A DNA stretch of 64,000 nt. It comes from Eukaryota sp. GEM-RC1 (Eukaryota). Under the pieces are notes generated by a model. It had not been told where the DNA came from. It was given only the letters and a program-made list of their open reading frames with translations, and searched no databases. Positions 60,604-64,000 of this stretch are shown here, piece by piece (within the stretch, counting starts at the first letter, position 1; every line of letters starts with the position of its first letter). The stretch is taken from positions 1,116,001 to 1,180,000 of the forward strand of contig JAUFOQ010000004.1 in NCBI GenBank assembly GCA_040285855.1, written 5' to 3'. Position numbers and translations under genes: made by a program.

Positions 60604-62800
60604 CTATGACAAACAACTGGGACTAACTCCTAGATTCCGCTCCAAATTCTGCTCCATAATGGTCTTGATGTTGTTGTTCATTACATTCTTCTTCATTCTT
60701 TCTTGGGACTAACAACTCAACAAAGTACGTTGCTTTACTGGTTGATTATCTCTTTTGAGTAAGCTGATATCTTCGAATTGAACAGAAATCTGCGGACTTC
60801 TGGCTTATATCCTTAAATTTGGACATATGCTTTCATCATCATCTTCTTGACATCATCAGATCTGGTTACAGAGATGCTCGTTGGTGGAAGTAATTTCCAT
60901 CATGGTATTTTTTCTACAATTACTACGTTTCAAAGTAACAGCTGACAAAAACGTTATGATCACATCAACTTCGTCCTTTGTTCTCTTTGAAATGATGCTT
61001 TCTGATGTGTCTTTAAAACACCACATTTGTCATTTGTCCTGAGTTTGACCATGTCAATATCCTAGTTTCATTTTACTGTTACACTTTTTAATGCCGCATT
61101 CTTTTACATAGTTCTTTTTGACACTTTTTTCCGTCTTCTTAATCAATTTTGCTAATTCTTTTTCTTCAGCTGTTGTTACAGAAACACAGTACATCACGTC
61201 ATGTGGCTTAGGATCAACTCTGCAGTTCTTTAAGTTCCATATCTCTCTTCTGTGAACTCCTTTTTCATGTGCAGTAATTCCTGCAGGTTGAAGCTCGACA
61301 ATTAATTTTTTGGCTCGGTGATCGAAGGCTCGCTCACTGCAGTGTATCTAAAAACAACTCATTGATCCTTCTTCTTGAGTTTGACCATGGGAAAATCTGA
61401 GTTTCTCCATTTTTCCAACTCTTTTTTTCTTTTGTTAGTATCACCTGTTTTTTATTCTGTCTTACTTCTGAAGTTTTTTGTTTTCTGAGTGGATTTTCTC
61501 TGCCCTCAATGAATTTTTCTAACTATTTTTCTTCAACTGTTGTCTCTGATTCACAGCACATCAAATCATGTTAATTAGGATCAACTGTGACGATTCTTTG
61601 GCTTTTTGAATTTGATTTTTGGATGTCTCTCTTTGATGAACAATCGATATGAATTTCTACTTGAGTAAATTGTTGATCTTATCACAAGTACACTGCATGA
61701 CATCCCGTCAGTAACGATAGATGAGCATTCCACAACATATGAAGTCCTCTCTTTGAACACTTCATCTGTTACTTCGGATTCAAACACTATTTTCCTTACG
61801 TGATCAGTAAGCCCCTTTAATCTAACAAAGCGATCATTTATTCAGTTTGTATGAAGACTAGTGTTCTTTGGAATCCAGGACTTACTGGAAGGCAAAAGAT
61901 CAACAAAAGTAATTGGAATACCATCATCAAAGAAGAATGTTTGAAAGAATTTGGCCAACTAAATTTCGCTGCTCACATGTATCAGCGGATCAGCTTTTGT
62001 CAATAGTATAGGTTAGGAGATGAAAATTTAGATAGAACTTGGCTTCTGGAGCGGGATTTGGATCAACGTCAGTTTCTGTAGCAGTTTATCGTACAATTAT
62101 TATCAAAACATCATTCAATAAATCATTGTTGAGAATGGTGGAATCAAAAGAAAAGAGATGATTATCGTAATCTTTAAGTATTCTATAATTTACTATTAAT
62201 CCAAAACAAATCAACGAATTAATTTACTCGTACAGATGTCAATTGCTGGTATATAAAGCCACGTTTGTGAAGAAATTAAATACAGATAACCAATTCTATT
62301 TCCAAGGTCGAGGAGGGTCAATTCGTTAGTAATAACACCCTTTCCTTTTACTTTGGTTAGTTAGTTAGCTTTCTTTTATAACACGCTTCCTTCAATAGAT
62401 GAGACATACAGTCGTCGAGTCTTTGAACGCTTTTAATTAAAATGTATTAATGTTAAACGACATCTCATCTACCGGTCAATCGTTGAAAATGTTCCCATGA
62501 AACTGATGTCGTCATCAAAAAAACGGAAATAAGCTCTTCTACTACCCGATTGTAGCTACAATCAATAGCTACAGATCTCAGTCTAATTCTCTGGATAATC
62601 CTCGGACAGGATTCTACTATTGGACCTTACTGAACAGTATGCACTACAACAAGCAAGGAGAATGATATCTGAAGTAGCTAAGAAGACGTTTGCATAGTTA
62701 GTTGATTTGGGAAGGCATGTAACTAATTCACTGATTTTAAACAGTTGATTGATCGTCAGTTTTTTTACCAAATCGGAACAGAAATTTGTGTTTTATACAA
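60604..62800 (-). mobile_element. Near full-length decayed Fanzor1 gene, copy 3
   Basis: Motifs in the expected order: KISELV..NYANVFL; LYY..KADP; LLPSSKSWIPK; SIVTDGMSCSVLVIR; RuvC-I IVTVDPN*HDLMCC; FRYT; C-terminus NIKTIMEQNLERNLGVSPSCLS* matches copy 1 in protein and DNA. Confidence 0.82.
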
Positions 62801-63198
62801 AATGGTGTAAATTCGATAATATTGTTGCTCTCTTCTCAACACATACCTCAAGATTATTGTTTTAAAACTTCTTTATTTTTTGACGAACAACAGTAAACAA
62901 GGATCTACAGTGAAGCCAATTTCAGCAATTTTTTAGAAAGAGGTTATTAACTACAGTAGTTCTGGAACAGTACCCTTAAAGGTAGGAAGAACTTAAAACG
63001 AAAAAGGACCAAAAGTTATCAAATAATTAAACTTTTGAATTTGAGTGGGTGGACTTGATAGTACAGAACCTAATTACAGCTAAATTTAATTTGTTTTGAA
63101 AATTTCAAACAACAGCAGAACAACAAGAAATACTCATGTCAATCCTTAAAAAAGGATCTTCAGTTTCAAAAAAAAAAACTTATCCAACTTTTAAGCTC

Positions 63199-63576
63199 CT
63201 ACAACTCATTGCTACCCAGTATAGACTCTAACTGACGAATAGTAGAGTCAAGATCGAATAAAGAATGATTATTCTCATGATCAGATCGTGATTGTAGTTT
63301 TTGTTTGGTGGTAGACTCGTCATCTACTGTGAGGAAAAGTTGGCGAAGATCACGACACAATCCAAGTAACTCGTTGCAATGGACAGAGATGGAGTTGACG
63401 GAAGAGGTTATACGAAGATTCTTTGAATGTTGAAGCTCCATTTCTCCTGAAGAAAAACTAGAACCTGTTTCAGATGAAGTGAAGGAAGATGCTTCAAGAA
63501 GAGACTCTGACTGCTGTAGTAACAGCTGACAGTTGTAGTGCAGATGTTGTAGAAGATGTAGCTTTTGCTTGTCCAT
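63199..63576 (-). CDS. MED22: Mediator subunit Med22-like protein (125 aa)
   Basis: Helical pattern ..QLLLQQSESLLEAS...SISVHCNELLGLCRDLRQLFLTVD resembles the Med22 core; ATG 63576 preferred. Confidence 0.55.
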   Translation of the reverse strand: MDKQKLHLLQHLHYNCQLLLQQSESLLEASSFTSSETGSSFSSGEMELQHSKNLRITSSVNSISVHCNELLGLCRDLRQLFLTVDDESTTKQKLQSRSDHENNHSLFDLDSTIRQLESILGSNEL

Positions 63577-63687
63577 GGAAGAGCAGAAATGTGGCTGAAC
63601 AACCAAATCATCATCATTTCCTTACCTCGCCTAGACTTAAGGTGGATCCACGCCTCATTCCCCTCATCTTGAGACTCTTATTTCTTA

Positions 63688-63993
63688 ATGTCTCTTCCCA
63701 ACAAACCAACATCATCCGACAAATCTGTTATCGAGGCTCGAAGGCGATGTCAAGCCAGAATTCGACACGTTAAACAACGTGAGCAAGTACAAAAGAAAGT
63801 CCAAGAAAAACAAGGCCTAGAGCAATACCACGAAAAGAAAAGACGTCGCCGTCTAGAAGAACTCAAAGCACTCGTTCTCCTCCGTGAAAGTGAAGACAGA
63901 ACATTGGTCAAAAAGAGAGGAGAACAGATCTCCAAAGAAAGACGGATCGTTGCACAAAAGAGGAGGACTACAGAACCTGGCGAAGATTCATGA
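63688..63993 (+). CDS. Basic coiled-coil hypothetical protein (may continue beyond the window)
   Basis: 101-aa K/R/E-rich ORF with ATG, divergent from the Med22-like gene. Confidence 0.5.
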   Translation: MSLPNKPTSSDKSVIEARRRCQARIRHVKQREQVQKKVQEKQGLEQYHEKKRRRRLEELKALVLLRESEDRTLVKKRGEQISKERRIVAQKRRTTEPGEDS

Positions 63994-64000
63994 CTGAAGG

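Noticed and set aside
63596..63687. U1-snRNA-like CTTACCT on + strand, or a 31-nt GTAAGG..CAG intron extending the Med22-like gene
   Set aside because: No convincing U1 stem-loops or Sm site; the extra exon would leave only ~20 bp to the divergent ATG and its donor differs from GTNTGT. Unresolved without RNA data

Overview
AT-rich eukaryotic (protist) genomic DNA, standard genetic code, with very short (29-30 nt) GT-AG introns and about 50-bp divergent intergenic spacers. A metamonad-like anaerobic flagellate is plausible but is only inference. Housekeeping genes: phosphoserine aminotransferase, an Arp1-like actin-related protein, RNA polymerase subunit RPABC4/Rpb12, a UBR-type N-recognin E3 ligase and a Med22-like gene. 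They sit among many transposon relics: hAT- and P-like MITEs with 8-bp TSDs, a Tc1/IS630 transposase relic, a non-LTR RLE relic and a hAT fragment. Main points of interest: (1) three related copies of one Fanzor1 (eukaryotic TnpB-like RNA-guided nuclease) family, one near full-length but decayed and mostly invisible in the ORF track, with two copies sharing a 3' non-coding motif that is an omega-RNA candidate; (2) two giant surface-protein loci built from ~1.29-kb LamG modules that are shuffled between loci and carry a short hypervariable segment in a near-invariant framework; (3) an in-frame fusion of a CCCH-RRM-RBR ubiquitin ligase duplicate to the RCC1-LamG-GCC2-TM gene; (4) an MLKL-like N-terminal domain-kinase-multipass membrane protein. 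Many frameshifts fall in homopolymer runs and may be long-read assembly errors. All family assignments come from motifs read by eye; no database search was run.
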